From assembly GCA_963716255.1 (NCBI GenBank), contig OY970303.1, positions 864,001 to 928,000 on the forward strand: a stretch of 64,000 bases of DNA, read 5' to 3'. Position numbers and translations under genes: made by a program. Positions within the stretch are counted from its first letter, which is position 1. Every line of letters starts with the position of its first letter. Below, piece after piece: positions 38,538-47,963 of this stretch. This stretch comes from an uncultured Gemmatimonadales bacterium. Its GTDB lineage: Bacteria > Gemmatimonadota > Gemmatimonadetes > Longimicrobiales > Longimicrobiaceae. The notes beneath the pieces were generated by a model that worked only from the letters and a program-made list of their open reading frames with translations, was not told the DNA's origin and ran no database searches.

Positions 38538-40472
38538 TCAAACCCGCTCCAGCTCCTCCCGCAGCACCCGCCGCAGCGCTTCCGCGAACCCGCCGATGAA
38601 ATCCACCCTGCCCCGCCGCGACGCGAGAAACGGGTCCATCACCGTGCAGCGGATCACGCTCACCCCGCCCGCCTCCAGGTAGTCCTCGTGGCGGAAGCCC
38701 AGCCCTTCCACCACCGGGTCCGCCGCGCGCCCGTACTCCGCCGCGCGCAGCACCGTCTTGGTGACGAAGTAGTCCAGCGCCCGCGCCGGGTGGGTCTCGG
38801 ACACGCTCATGGCCCGGTAGACGCGGTCCGCGAAGGCGTTGGTGGCCTCCAGCCCCGCGAGCGCCGGGTGCCCCACGGCGAAGCAGACGATGTTGATGTC
38901 CGGCGTGGGGAGCAGCACCAGCCGGAAGGGCGCCCACTCGCCCATGGCCAGCCGGCGGTGCAGCATCAGCGCCCCGCGCGCCGTTTCCCCCACCAGGCGG
39001 CCGTAGCCGCGCGAGTCCAGCGGCAGCACCTTGTGCGACATCCACACCCCCGCCGCCGCCGCGCCCGGCTTGGAGCCCTCGAAGATGAAGCGGCCGATGT
39101 ACCCCCACTCCGACGCGCCCCGGTGGAACAGGTACGGCGCCTCCACCGCCACCAGGTCGCGCACCCGCCGGTCGCGGAAGGAGACCGCCCCCGCCGGGTA
39201 GGGGATGAACCCCAGCTTGTGCGGGTCGATGGTGACGGAGTCCGTGCGCTCCAGCGCGGTGAGCGCGCGGTATACCCCCTCCTCCGGCCACGCCTCCGGC
39301 GCGTAGTCCGCCAGCGTGTCCTCGTACGAGCGCCGCGCGCCGTCCGCGCCCCGGGTGATGGAGGCCGCGTAGCCGCCCCACGCCGCGTCCGCGTGGAGGT
39401 GGAACGCCACCCCCAGCTCCCGCCCCGCGCGCTCCCGGACGTCGGCGAGCAGGTCCAGCCGGTCCACCGCGCTCTCCTCCGTGGTGCCGATCACCGACAC
39501 CGCCGCGATGATGGGGGTGCTCCGCTCCGCCAGCGTGCGCACCCGCTCCTCGAACGCTTCCGGGTCCATGCGGAAGCGGCGGTCCACCGGCACGTGCACC
39601 AGCTGCGCCGCCCCGATCCCCAGCGCCCGGCAGATCTTTTCCCACGAGTAGTGCGCCGTGGAGGGCACCAGCACCACCCCCGACGCCAGCGCGTCCCCGA
39701 ACCCCGAGTGCAGCCGCCGCCCGAACTCCTGGTAGCCCAGCCCCGCCAGCGAGTGGCGGCGCATCACCTCCAGCGTCTGGTACACGTCGCCCGCCCACCC
39801 CTGGAGCGCCGCCGCCGCGTCCAGCGCGTCGTCCGGGGCCAGGTTGAGGAGCCGCCACAGGTCCAGCTCCAGCAGGTTGGCCGATTCACCGCCGGGGAGC
39901 CGCACCGGGATGTCGTCGGCACCCATCTCCTCCGCGGCCCAGCGGGTCTCCACCGGCAAGTACTTGACGTTGCGGGCCACCCAGAGTGCCTCGAAGTTGG
40001 CGACCGTCCCCCCCGAGGTCAGGTGCCCCCACTGCCGCTCGGTGTCGTAGCCGATCATGCGCGCCAGCTGGTCCGCCACCTCCAGCTCCATGCGCGTGGT
40101 CACCGGCGACGCCTCCGCGGCCACGTTGTTGGGGTTGTAGAGCATGGTGGCGAAGTACCCGATCAGGCTGGCCATGGTCAGGTCCGACGACATGTGCCCG
40201 ATGTAGCGCGGGCTGAAGAACGGCACCCCCGCCTTGAGCTCGCCCAGCAGGCCCATCAGCTCCTGCGACAGCGTGGAGATGGAGTGCTCGTAGTCGGGCG
40301 AGTGCTTTTCCGTCTCGCGGACGATGAAGCCGTCCTCCGGGTGGAAGTTGCGGCGCCAGAAGACGTGGTCGCGGAACGCCTCCAGCAGCAGGCGCTCGAA
40401 GGTCTCGGCGTTCTCGCCCTTGGGGCCCAGGAAGATGGAGCCCAGGTCCAGGCCGTTCTGTCGATCCGTCAT
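38538..40472 (-). CDS. Group II PLP-dependent decarboxylase (tyrosine-decarboxylase-like)
   Basis: FLGPKGEN, PRYIGHM, YNPNNV, HADAAWGGY, TIDPHK, EGSKPG. Confidence 0.85.
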   Translation of the reverse strand: MTDRQNGLDLGSIFLGPKGENAETFERLLLEAFRDHVFWRRNFHPEDGFIVRETEKHSPDYEHSISTLSQELMGLLGELKAGVPFFSPRYIGHMSSDLTMASLIGYFATMLYNPNNVAAEASPVTTRMELEVADQLARMIGYDTERQWGHLTSGGTVANFEALWVARNVKYLPVETRWAAEEMGADDIPVRLPGGESANLLELDLWRLLNLAPDDALDAAAALQGWAGDVYQTLEVMRRHSLAGLGYQEFGRRLHSGFGDALASGVVLVPSTAHYSWEKICRALGIGAAQLVHVPVDRRFRMDPEAFEERVRTLAERSTPIIAAVSVIGTTEESAVDRLDLLADVRERAGRELGVAFHLHADAAWGGYAASITRGADGARRSYEDTLADYAPEAWPEEGVYRALTALERTDSVTIDPHKLGFIPYPAGAVSFRDRRVRDLVAVEAPYLFHRGASEWGYIGRFIFEGSKPGAAAAGVWMSHKVLPLDSRGYGRLVGETARGALMLHRRLAMGEWAPFRLVLLPTPDINIVCFAVGHPALAGLEATNAFADRVYRAMSVSETHPARALDYFVTKTVLRAAEYGRAADPVVEGLGFRHEDYLEAGGVSVIRCTVMDPFLASRRGRVDFIGGFAEALRRVLREELERV

Positions 40473-40519
40473 CGTCTTGCCACGCTTCCTTGGCTGAATG
40501 CCGCTTCGTCGGGTTCGGC

Positions 40520-40680
40520 GGGCCGCTACGGAGCCCGGGCAAACTGCGCCCGGTCTCCTGCGCGGGCTCCGGGAGCCCCGCCAAACCGCCGGCGGGTCTC
40601 CCTGCGCCGGAGTGAGCCTCGCCAAACAGCCGGCGAGTCTCCCTCCGAACAGAATCATGTGGGTACTGCGGAACCGCGAA
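40520..40680. repeat. Family B repeat, copy 3 (reverse orientation)
   Basis: Reverse complement begins TTCGCGGTTCCGCAGTACCCACATGATT, identical to 25141. Confidence 0.85.
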
Positions 40681-40707
40681 CAGCCACGGCTCGCGGGGGA
40701 GGGGTCG

Positions 40708-41874
40708 TCAGCCGGCGAGGCCGGCGCGGTGGAGCGCCTGGTCCAGGTCGGCCACCAGGTCGTCCGGGTCCTCCAGGCCCACGTTGAGGCGCACCAGGCG
40801 GTCGCCGTAGGGGGTGCCGTGGGTGCGCTCCAGGTGGAACCAGGGGAGCGCCAGGCTGTGCACCCCTCCCCAGCTGAACCCCACCCGGAACAGCTCCAGC
40901 GCGTCCACGAAGGCGGCGATGGCCTCGCGGGCGGTCCCCGCGGCGAAGACGATGGAGAACACGCTGGTGGAGCCGGTGAAGTCGCGGCGCCACGTCTCGT
41001 GGCCCGGGCAGGAGGGGAGCGCCGGGTGCAGCACCGTGGCGACCGCGCTCCGGGTCGCCAGCCACCGGGCCACGTGGAGCGTGCCGCGCTCCAGCGCCGC
41101 CAGGCGGACGCCCAGCGTCTGCATCCCCCGCAACGCCAGGTAGCAGTCGTCGGGAGACACGGCCATCCCCAGGCGGTCGTGCACCACGCCCAGCCGCTCG
41201 TACGCCTCCGCGGTGCGCACGGTCACCGATCCCAGGAGCAGGTCGCTGTGCCCGCCCACGTACTTGGTGAGCGCCTGCAGGGCGACGTCCACGCCGTGCG
41301 CGAACGCGTCGAAGTACACGCCGGCCGAGTAGGTGTTGTCCAGCGCGACCACGGCGCCGTGGCGGTGCGCCGCCTCCGCGATCGCCGGGACGTCCTGCAC
41401 CTCCAGGGTCACCGAGCCCGGGCTCTCGCACCACACCAGCCGCGTGTTCGGGCGCATCAGCGCCTCGATCCCCGCGCCGGCCAGCGGGGGATAGTACTCG
41501 GCGTCCACGCCGAAGCGGCGCAGCACGTCCTCCGCGAGCTGGCGGGTGGGGCCGTACGCGCTGTCGGGGATCAGCACGTGGTCCCCCGCGGAGGTGAAGG
41601 CCAGAGCGACCAGGGAGATGGCGGCCTGGCCGCCCGGGGTGACGAAGGTGTGCGCGCCCCCCTCCAGCTCCGCGATGCGCGCCCCCAGCTCCCGCGTGGT
41701 CGGGGTGCCGTACAGCCCGTACGTGTACCCGGCCTCGTGCCGCCAGTCGTCCGTGACCTCCGCCGCGCCCGTGAACAGGGTGGTCGACCCGCGATACACC
41801 GGCGGGACCAGCGACCGGAAGCCCTCCTGCGGCCGCGCGTCGGAGTGGATCAGCTTCGTCGTCCACTTCTTCAT
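40708..41874 (-). CDS. metC: Cystathionine beta-lyase
   Basis: PPVYRGST, YGLYGTPT, ESPGS, DNT, ALTKYVGGHSD, GFSWGG, VGLED. Confidence 0.88.
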   Translation of the reverse strand: MKKWTTKLIHSDARPQEGFRSLVPPVYRGSTTLFTGAAEVTDDWRHEAGYTYGLYGTPTTRELGARIAELEGGAHTFVTPGGQAAISLVALAFTSAGDHVLIPDSAYGPTRQLAEDVLRRFGVDAEYYPPLAGAGIEALMRPNTRLVWCESPGSVTLEVQDVPAIAEAAHRHGAVVALDNTYSAGVYFDAFAHGVDVALQALTKYVGGHSDLLLGSVTVRTAEAYERLGVVHDRLGMAVSPDDCYLALRGMQTLGVRLAALERGTLHVARWLATRSAVATVLHPALPSCPGHETWRRDFTGSTSVFSIVFAAGTAREAIAAFVDALELFRVGFSWGGVHSLALPWFHLERTHGTPYGDRLVRLNVGLEDPDDLVADLDQALHRAGLAG

Positions 41875-41900
41875 CGGCGCTCCGTCCTCCCGCGGGGCGG

Positions 41901-42575
41901 TCACGTTCGGCCCAGCCCCAGCATCTTGTGCACCTTGGCGTAGGTGGAGGCCGCGGCCACCAGCGGCGACGACACCCCCCGCCCCGCCACCCGACCGGCC
42001 CGCAGCGCGCCCAGCAGCCCCTCGCGCGTGGGCTCGAAGGGGGGCACCTCCATCCAGGCTCGCCCCATCTCCCCCAGCGAGTGCGAGTCCGAGCCGGCGC
42101 CCAGGAGCTTGCCGCGGTCCAGCGCCCAGCGCTCCCCGCGCAGGTTCACGCCGCGCTTCCAGGTGCGCGCGTTGTGCGCCTCCACCACGTCCACCAGGTC
42201 GGCCAGCTCGTCCAGCAGTCCCCCGCCCCCCGCGCGCCGCGTGTCGAAGGGGTGGGGCACGTACACCACCCCGCCCTGCGCGCGGATCCGCTCGCACGTC
42301 TCGCGCGCCGGAGTGCCCTTGGGGATGCGCTCCGTGAGCAGGATGCCGATGATGTCCGCGCCCTCGCGCGTCTTCACCTCCTCGCCCACCAGGATCCGCT
42401 CCGGGTCCATGCGGTGCAGCTCCTGCGCGGCGTGCACCTCGTTGTGGTCGGTGACCACCAGCCGGTCGATCCCCCGCTCGCGCGCGGTGGCGAGCACGCG
42501 CTCCGGCGGGCACAGGCAGTCGTGCGAGGCGCGCGTGTGCGAGTGCATGTCCAGGCGCAGGCGCCGCTCAGCCAA
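41901..42575 (-). CDS. PHP domain phosphoesterase
   Basis: DMHSHT, TDHN, PHPF, GSDSH. Confidence 0.85.
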   Translation of the reverse strand: MAERRLRLDMHSHTRASHDCLCPPERVLATARERGIDRLVVTDHNEVHAAQELHRMDPERILVGEEVKTREGADIIGILLTERIPKGTPARETCERIRAQGGVVYVPHPFDTRRAGGGGLLDELADLVDVVEAHNARTWKRGVNLRGERWALDRGKLLGAGSDSHSLGEMGRAWMEVPPFEPTREGLLGALRAGRVAGRGVSSPLVAAASTYAKVHKMLGLGRT

Positions 42576-43183
42576 CGGCCGCCTCCGCGCGCCGCCCCAG
42601 CTCCGCCCACACCCCGGCGGCGCGGGCCTCCAGCTCCGCGGGGGAGCCCCCGTTCTCGATCACCACGTCGGCGCGGGCGCGCTTCAGCTCCGCGGGCATC
42701 TGCGCGTCGATCATCCGCACCGCCTCCTCGGGGTCCAGCCCGCGGTCCTCCACCAGCCGCCGCAGCCGCTCCTCCTCCGGGGCGTCCACCAGCACCACCA
42801 CGTTCGAACTCGTCCGCCATCCCCACCTCGAAGAGGAGGGGGACGTCGGCCACCACGCGCCGCTCGCCGCGCTCCTCGGCGAGGCGGTACTCCTCGCCGC
42901 GCAGCGCGTACACCGCCGGGTGGACGATCTCCTCCAGGCGGGCGCGCGCCTCCGGGTCCGCGAAGACGATGCGGCGCAGCGCCGCGCGGTCCAGCGTGCC
43001 GTCCGCGTCCAGCACCGCGGGGCCCCAGGCCTCCACGATGCGGGCGAGCCCCGGCGTCCCCGGCTCCACCGCCCGCCGGGCCAGCTCGTCCGCGTCCACC
43101 ACCGTCGCGCCCAGCGAGCGCCACACCCGGGCGACGCTCGACTTTCCCGCGGCGATGTTGCCGGTGAGTCCGATCCTGAGCAT
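42568..43183 (-). pseudogene. coaE: Dephospho-CoA kinase with a +1 frameshift near 42803 (probably a sequencing error)
   Basis: IGLTGNIAAGKS...DVPLLFE in one frame and VVLVDAPEEERLRRL...ADVVIEN in another; removing one base gives a 204-aa ORF. Confidence 0.85.
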
Positions 43184-43336
43184 GGGCCTCCAGGGCGAGG
43201 GTGAGCGGCCGACCGGGGCGAAAGCTACGCCCCCGCGCCGGGCCGGGCAACGCGCGGCACCCAAGGACGAAGGGCCCCGGCGCGCGCGCGCCGGGGCCCC
43301 ACGGGCACCCGTCCCGACGTGGCGGAGGGCGTTCCC

Positions 43337-43708
43337 TCAGCTCCCCGCCGCCAGCGGCTCCAGGAGGTCGTCGGCGGTGCCGCGCACGCCGTCGCGCCCG
43401 GCGGAGCCCACGGCGAGCCCCGCACGCTCCTTCTTGAGGTAGAAGGGCACGCCCCACGGGTCCTCCGCCCCCCCTTCGCCGGGGTACCGCCGCGCCATGA
43501 ACTCCGGGAATTCCTTGGGCGTGGGGATGGGCCGCCCCGCGGCGCGGTCCGTCTGGATCATCCGCGCGATCTCCTGCAGGCGCGACTTGGTGGACCACTC
43601 GTACACGGGGTCGAGGGCCGGCTGGGCGTAGGGCTGAAGCCTGGCGCGGACGACGGGGCTGGCGAGCGCCGCGGCGGCGAGGACCAGGACGAACAGAACG
43701 CGACCCAT
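43337..43708 (-). CDS. Small GspG/pseudopilin C-terminal-like protein
   Basis: N-terminal hydrophobic helix, DPWGVPF, SAGRDG..GTADD. Confidence 0.65.
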   Translation of the reverse strand: MGRVLFVLVLAAAALASPVVRARLQPYAQPALDPVYEWSTKSRLQEIARMIQTDRAAGRPIPTPKEFPEFMARRYPGEGGAEDPWGVPFYLKKERAGLAVGSAGRDGVRGTADDLLEPLAAGS

Positions 43709-43809
43709 GGCTGGATCCTGAGAGGGGGGGACGGCGGGGGGAGGAGGGGTCGGGCGACTCCCAATGTAATCCCCGGCCCCGGCCGTGTAAACCTCGGCGG
43801 AGCTGCCAC

Positions 43810-44805
43810 CTACCCGCCCCCGGCCCGGAACTCGGCGGCGCCGTCCTCCCGCGCCGCCTCGTGGGCGCGCCCCGCCAGCACCAGCCGGTCCAGGTGCGCC
43901 AGCGTCTCGCGGAGGGCGTGCATCATCACCGCGGGCGGGTACTCGGGGTGCGGGTGCCGCAGCCGCGCGGCCTCCCAGGCGGTGCACGGGCCCTCCGCCA
44001 CCAGCGCCGCCACCGCCTCCGTCTCCTCCTCCGCGGAGCGCCGCAGTTCCGCGATACGCTCCGCCGGCGCGTCGATGGGCTCGCCGTGGCCGGGGAGCAC
44101 CCGCCCCGGGCCGAGGGCGTCCAGCCGGTCCAGCGCGCCCAGGTAGTCCCCCACCGGGTCCGGCCGCTGGCGGTTCACCCCCAGGGTGGGGGTGATGCGG
44201 GGGAGCACCGCGTCGCCCGCCACCAGCACTCCGTCCTCCTGCCGGAAGAGCGACACGTGCCCCGCGGTGTGCCCGGGCGTCCACACCCACCGCCACCCCG
44301 GCGCCTCCGCCAGCTCGCCCCCCTCTCCCGCCAGCGCCGCGTCCGCCGGCACGAAAGCCGAGAACGGGTCCGCTTCCCTGCGGCTCTGCTCCACGCCGGC
44401 CCCCAGCGCCGCCAGCGCCCCGCCCCGCCGCAGCAGCCGGACACGGTAGGCGGCCTCATCCTCCGGGTGGGCGCGCGCGTGCGCCATGCGCTCCGCGTCC
44501 AGCGCCCCCATCAGCAGCCGCGCCCCCGACGCCGCGCGCACCCGCTCCACCAGCCCCACGTGGTCCAGGTGCATGTGCGTCACCAGGTGCGCCGTGACGC
44601 CCTCCCACCCGCCCGCGGCCGCGCGGACGGCCTCGTCCAGCTCGACCCACGCCTCGCCGGTGTTGGCGCCGCCGTCCACCAGCATCCACCCCTCGCCCGC
44701 GCGGAGCAGGTAGGCGTGGACGAAGCGCGGGCGAAAGGGGAGCGGCGTGGTGACGCGCCAGACGCCGGGGGCGAGGAGGACGGGGCGCGCGGGGAGTTCG
44801 GTCAT
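43810..44805 (-). CDS. MBL-fold metallo-hydrolase
   Basis: THMHLDH, TPGHT, GDAVL, PGHG. Confidence 0.88.
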   Translation of the reverse strand: MTELPARPVLLAPGVWRVTTPLPFRPRFVHAYLLRAGEGWMLVDGGANTGEAWVELDEAVRAAAGGWEGVTAHLVTHMHLDHVGLVERVRAASGARLLMGALDAERMAHARAHPEDEAAYRVRLLRRGGALAALGAGVEQSRREADPFSAFVPADAALAGEGGELAEAPGWRWVWTPGHTAGHVSLFRQEDGVLVAGDAVLPRITPTLGVNRQRPDPVGDYLGALDRLDALGPGRVLPGHGEPIDAPAERIAELRRSAEEETEAVAALVAEGPCTAWEAARLRHPHPEYPPAVMMHALRETLAHLDRLVLAGRAHEAAREDGAAEFRAGGG

Positions 44806-44962
44806 GGCGGCGGCGCGGGGACGTGGGACGGACGTGGTCCCCCCGAAGATAGCGGCCGCGCCCCCCGTCGCCAGGGAGCCGCGAGACCGCCGCTCGCCGC
44901 CGGCGGCGCGCGCCCGTAGATTGGCGCCGCGCCGGCTCCCCTCTCCACCCTCCGCCCCGCAC

Positions 44963-45883
44963 ATGCGCGACGCCACCGCCGCCGATCCGCCCGGCCGTCC
45001 CCTCCGGGCGCTGCTCCTGTACCTCGCCGCCGTGTTCGTGGGCGGGGCGCTGCTGGCGCCGTGGCTGTACGCCGCGGTGCAGGCGCTGGCGCCGCACTCG
45101 CCCGCGCTGGAGAAGCTGGCGGAGATGAAGTTCGCGCGCTACGTGAACCGCGCGCTCCTGGTGCTGGCGCTCGTGGGGCTGCCGTTCTTCGTGCGGGGGG
45201 CGGGGATCCGCAGCTGGGCCGACGCCGGAATCGACCCGCGCCGCTTCGCCTGGCGGCGCTTCGGGGCGGGCTTCGCGCTGGGGCTCGTGTCGCTGGCTGC
45301 GGTCTGCGCGGCCGCGCTGCTGGCGGGCGGACGGCGGCTGGCGGTGGGCGCCACGGCCGGCGAGCTGGCGGTGGAGGCCGCGGGCGCGCTGCTCACCGGC
45401 ATCGTGGTGGGGGTGATGGAGGAGCTGCTCTTCCGCGGCGCCATGTTCGGGGGGCTGCGCCGCGCCATGCGCTGGCCGGCGGCGCTGCTGCTGTCCAGCG
45501 CCGTCTACGCCATCGTACACTTCATGGGGCGCCCGGCCGACCCGCCGGAGGTGACCTGGCTCTCCGGGCTGCGGACGCTGCCGGGGATGCTCGCCGGGAT
45601 GGCGGAGCTGCACCGCATCGTCCCGGAGCTGCTGACCCTCACGCTGGCGGGGGTGATCCTGGGCCTGGCCTACCAGCGCACCGGCGACCTGGCGGCCTCC
45701 ATCGGCATCCACGCGGGGTGGATCTTCTGGCTGCGCTTCTACGCCCTGCTCACGGACTCCGTGCCGGGCGCGGACCCGTGGTTCTGGGGGACGCAGAAGC
45801 TGATCGACGGCTGGCTGGCGCTCGCGGCGATCGTGCTGGTGCTCGCGGCGGTGGTGGCGTCGGGGCGGAGGGAGAGGAGCTGA
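44963..45883 (+). CDS. CPBP/Abi (CAAX protease-like) intramembrane metalloprotease
   Basis: EELLFRG, YAIVH, IGIHAGW motifs; multiple TM helices. Confidence 0.85.
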   Translation: MRDATAADPPGRPLRALLLYLAAVFVGGALLAPWLYAAVQALAPHSPALEKLAEMKFARYVNRALLVLALVGLPFFVRGAGIRSWADAGIDPRRFAWRRFGAGFALGLVSLAAVCAAALLAGGRRLAVGATAGELAVEAAGALLTGIVVGVMEELLFRGAMFGGLRRAMRWPAALLLSSAVYAIVHFMGRPADPPEVTWLSGLRTLPGMLAGMAELHRIVPELLTLTLAGVILGLAYQRTGDLAASIGIHAGWIFWLRFYALLTDSVPGADPWFWGTQKLIDGWLALAAIVLVLAAVVASGRRERS

Positions 45884-45917
45884 TACCGGATTTTGCCAGA
45901 TCGGGGTGGACGGCCGG

Positions 45918-46051
45918 GGTTCGGGCGGGCCCCCGGCTGGCGCCGGGGTCGGGCTTCGGCTCCGTAACGCAGCAAACAACGCTGCGTAACGGAGTCGAGC
46001 CCCGGCAAACCGCCGCCGGGTCTCGCCCCTTCGGGCCGAAATCCCTCACGC
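45918..46051. repeat. Family A repeat, copy 5 (reverse orientation)
   Basis: Reverse complement aligns with copy 1. Confidence 0.9.
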
Positions 46052-46163
46052 GGGTTTTGCGCTGGCGCCCGCGAGGGTGGGCCCCCTCACCCCCCGGCCC
46101 CCTCTCCCCCGCAAGCGGGGGAAAGGGGGAGAACCGCACGGCCTCCCGGCCCCGGCCGCGCGG

Positions 46164-46397
46164 TCAGAACCGCTGGCAGGTGCAGCAGCCGTCCTCGCAG
46201 GGCGAGGACAGGGGATACCCGGCGGCCGCGCAGACCGACGGGCAGTCGGCCCAGCAGTAGGTGCCGAGGGGGAACTCGTTCTCGCCGTCGCAGCTCTTCC
46301 CGGGGCCCGCGAAGGCCTCGGTCGCGCCGAAGCCGAGGGCCGCCAGGACCCCCGCGGCGAAGAGTCCGCGCCGCCCCCGTTCCAGGTACTCGCGCAT
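46164..46397 (-). CDS. Secreted 8-Cys defensin-like peptide precursor (77 aa)
   Basis: GGAGG RBS; leader ...LGFGATEAFA|GP; mature region C-x11-C-x3-C-x3-C-x10-C-x3-CC-x-C. Confidence 0.75.
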   Translation of the reverse strand: MREYLERGRRGLFAAGVLAALGFGATEAFAGPGKSCDGENEFPLGTYCWADCPSVCAAAGYPLSSPCEDGCCTCQRF

Positions 46398-46590
46398 ACG
46401 CCACCTCCGGTCGGACAGGGTGTCGAAGCCCGCGGGACGCCCGGCGGCGAAGCGCCGAGGCGGGCGTCCCGCCACCCAAAGGTGGTCGCGGCGCCGCCGC
46501 GCGACAAGCAAACTTCTGTGTCGGAGCGCCGCGGGCCGCGCCCCCACGGGAGGAGGCGCGGCCCTGGTCCTGCCCGGCAAGGTGCGCGCT

Positions 46591-46815
46591 CTACGAGATC
46601 CCGATGCAGACGCACTCCCCGGTGAGCCGGTCGCACTTCCCGGTCGTGTACCCCGAGGTCGTGCACTGGACGTTGCACGTCACGTTGTTGCACACCCGCT
46701 CGGCCGTGTCCCGCACGGCCGGGCCCGCAAACGCCTGCACCGCCCCGAAGCCGAGCGTGCCCACGAAAGCGAGCGCCGCGAAGGCGCGGCCGGTCCGTCC
46801 CATGGTGCCTTTCAT
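46591..46815 (-). CDS. Secreted 6-Cys CSalpha-beta defensin-like peptide precursor (74 aa)
   Basis: GGAGG RBS; leader ...LGFGAVQAFA|GP; mature region C-x4-C-x3-C-x9-C-x6-C-x-C with GKC. Confidence 0.78.
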   Translation of the reverse strand: MKGTMGRTGRAFAALAFVGTLGFGAVQAFAGPAVRDTAERVCNNVTCNVQCTTSGYTTGKCDRLTGECVCIGIS

Positions 46816-47024
46816 GAATCCCTCCGCGATGAAGTGGTCCGCCGGCCCGGCCGTACGCCGTGACCGCGCGAAACGGAATCTGGCGCGCGGGGAGCGGAAA
46901 TCCAGCGGCGGGGGGCAGACCGGCGGGAACCGGGGGCGAGGACCATTCAAGCAGGGGCGGAGCCCGGCGGATCACGCGGAAGCGAGTCGCAATCCCGCCC
47001 GCTCCCGCCACCGCTCCGAACCCC

Positions 47025-47158
47025 GCGTGAGGGATTCCGGCCCGAAGGGGCGAGACCGCGCGGCTGTTTGCGCGGGCTCGACTCCGTTAGCCCGCGTTGT
47101 TTGCGGGCTTACGGAGCCGAAGCCCGACCCCGGCGCCAGCCGGGGGCACGCCCGCACC
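47025..47158. repeat. Family A repeat, copy 6
   Basis: Nearly identical to copy 4. Confidence 0.9.
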
Positions 47159-47194
47159 CGCCGCGTCCGTAAGCAGTTCAATCAGTTCAAGCCC

Positions 47195-47956
47195 TCAACA
47201 GCCGAACGCCTCCCTGACTCGCTCCCGGTAGCCGCGGCTGGACTGGACCCGGGTCCCATCCCCCAGCACCAGCAGGAACTCCCCCAGCCCCCACGACTCG
47301 ATGCTGCGCACCCGGTCCACGTTGACCATCGTGGACCGGTGGACACGGGCGAAGCGCCGCGGGTCGAGGGTGCGCTCCATGGCCGCCAGCGTCTCGCGCA
47401 TCAGGTGCGACGCCGCGCCCACGTGCAGGCGCACGTAGTTGTCCTCGGCCTGGATCCAGTCCACGTCCGCCACGGGGACCACGACGTAGCGCGTCCCGGT
47501 GCGCACCGTGAGCCGCTCCGGGAAGGCGCCCGGGGCGGGGAGGCCCCGCAGCAGAGCCAGGACGCTCGCGTCCAGTCCGGGCCCGCCCGACGCGATCCGC
47601 TCCCGCGCGCGCTCCATCGCGGTCCGCACGCGCTCCTCGTCGAAGGGCTTGAGCAGGTAGTCGAGCGCGCCCACCTCGAACGCCCGCAACGCGAAGGCGT
47701 CGTACGCCGTCGCGAACACCACGAACGGCATCCGCTCGGGGCCCACCTCGCGGATCACGTCGAAGCCGCCCGTCCCCGGCATCTGCACGTCCAGGAAGAC
47801 CAGGTCCGGGGCGACCGCGCGGATCGCGGCGACCGCCTCGTCCCCGTCCGCGCACTCCCCCTCCACCCATACGTCGCGCTCGGCAGCCAGCAGCTGCCGG
47901 AGCCGCTCCCTGGCGAGCGGCTCGTCGTCGACGATCAGCGTCCGGATCTTCTTCAT
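47195..47956 (-). CDS. LytTR family response regulator
   Basis: IVDDEPLAR, FLDVQMP, DYLLKPF, FARVHRS. Confidence 0.93.
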   Translation of the reverse strand: MKKIRTLIVDDEPLARERLRQLLAAERDVWVEGECADGDEAVAAIRAVAPDLVFLDVQMPGTGGFDVIREVGPERMPFVVFATAYDAFALRAFEVGALDYLLKPFDEERVRTAMERARERIASGGPGLDASVLALLRGLPAPGAFPERLTVRTGTRYVVVPVADVDWIQAEDNYVRLHVGAASHLMRETLAAMERTLDPRRFARVHRSTMVNVDRVRSIESWGLGEFLLVLGDGTRVQSSRGYRERVREAFGC

Positions 47957-47963
47957 GTCCACG

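Noticed and set aside
46164..46815. Cys-rich peptides as lanthipeptide, sactipeptide or ranthipeptide precursors
   Set aside because: No LanB/C/M, radical SAM or YcaO enzyme nearby; a Sec-type AxA leader and even Cys counts favour disulfide peptides.
46816..47020. LytTR direct-repeat binding site upstream of the peptide genes
   Set aside because: I could not identify a convincing spaced direct repeat by eye.
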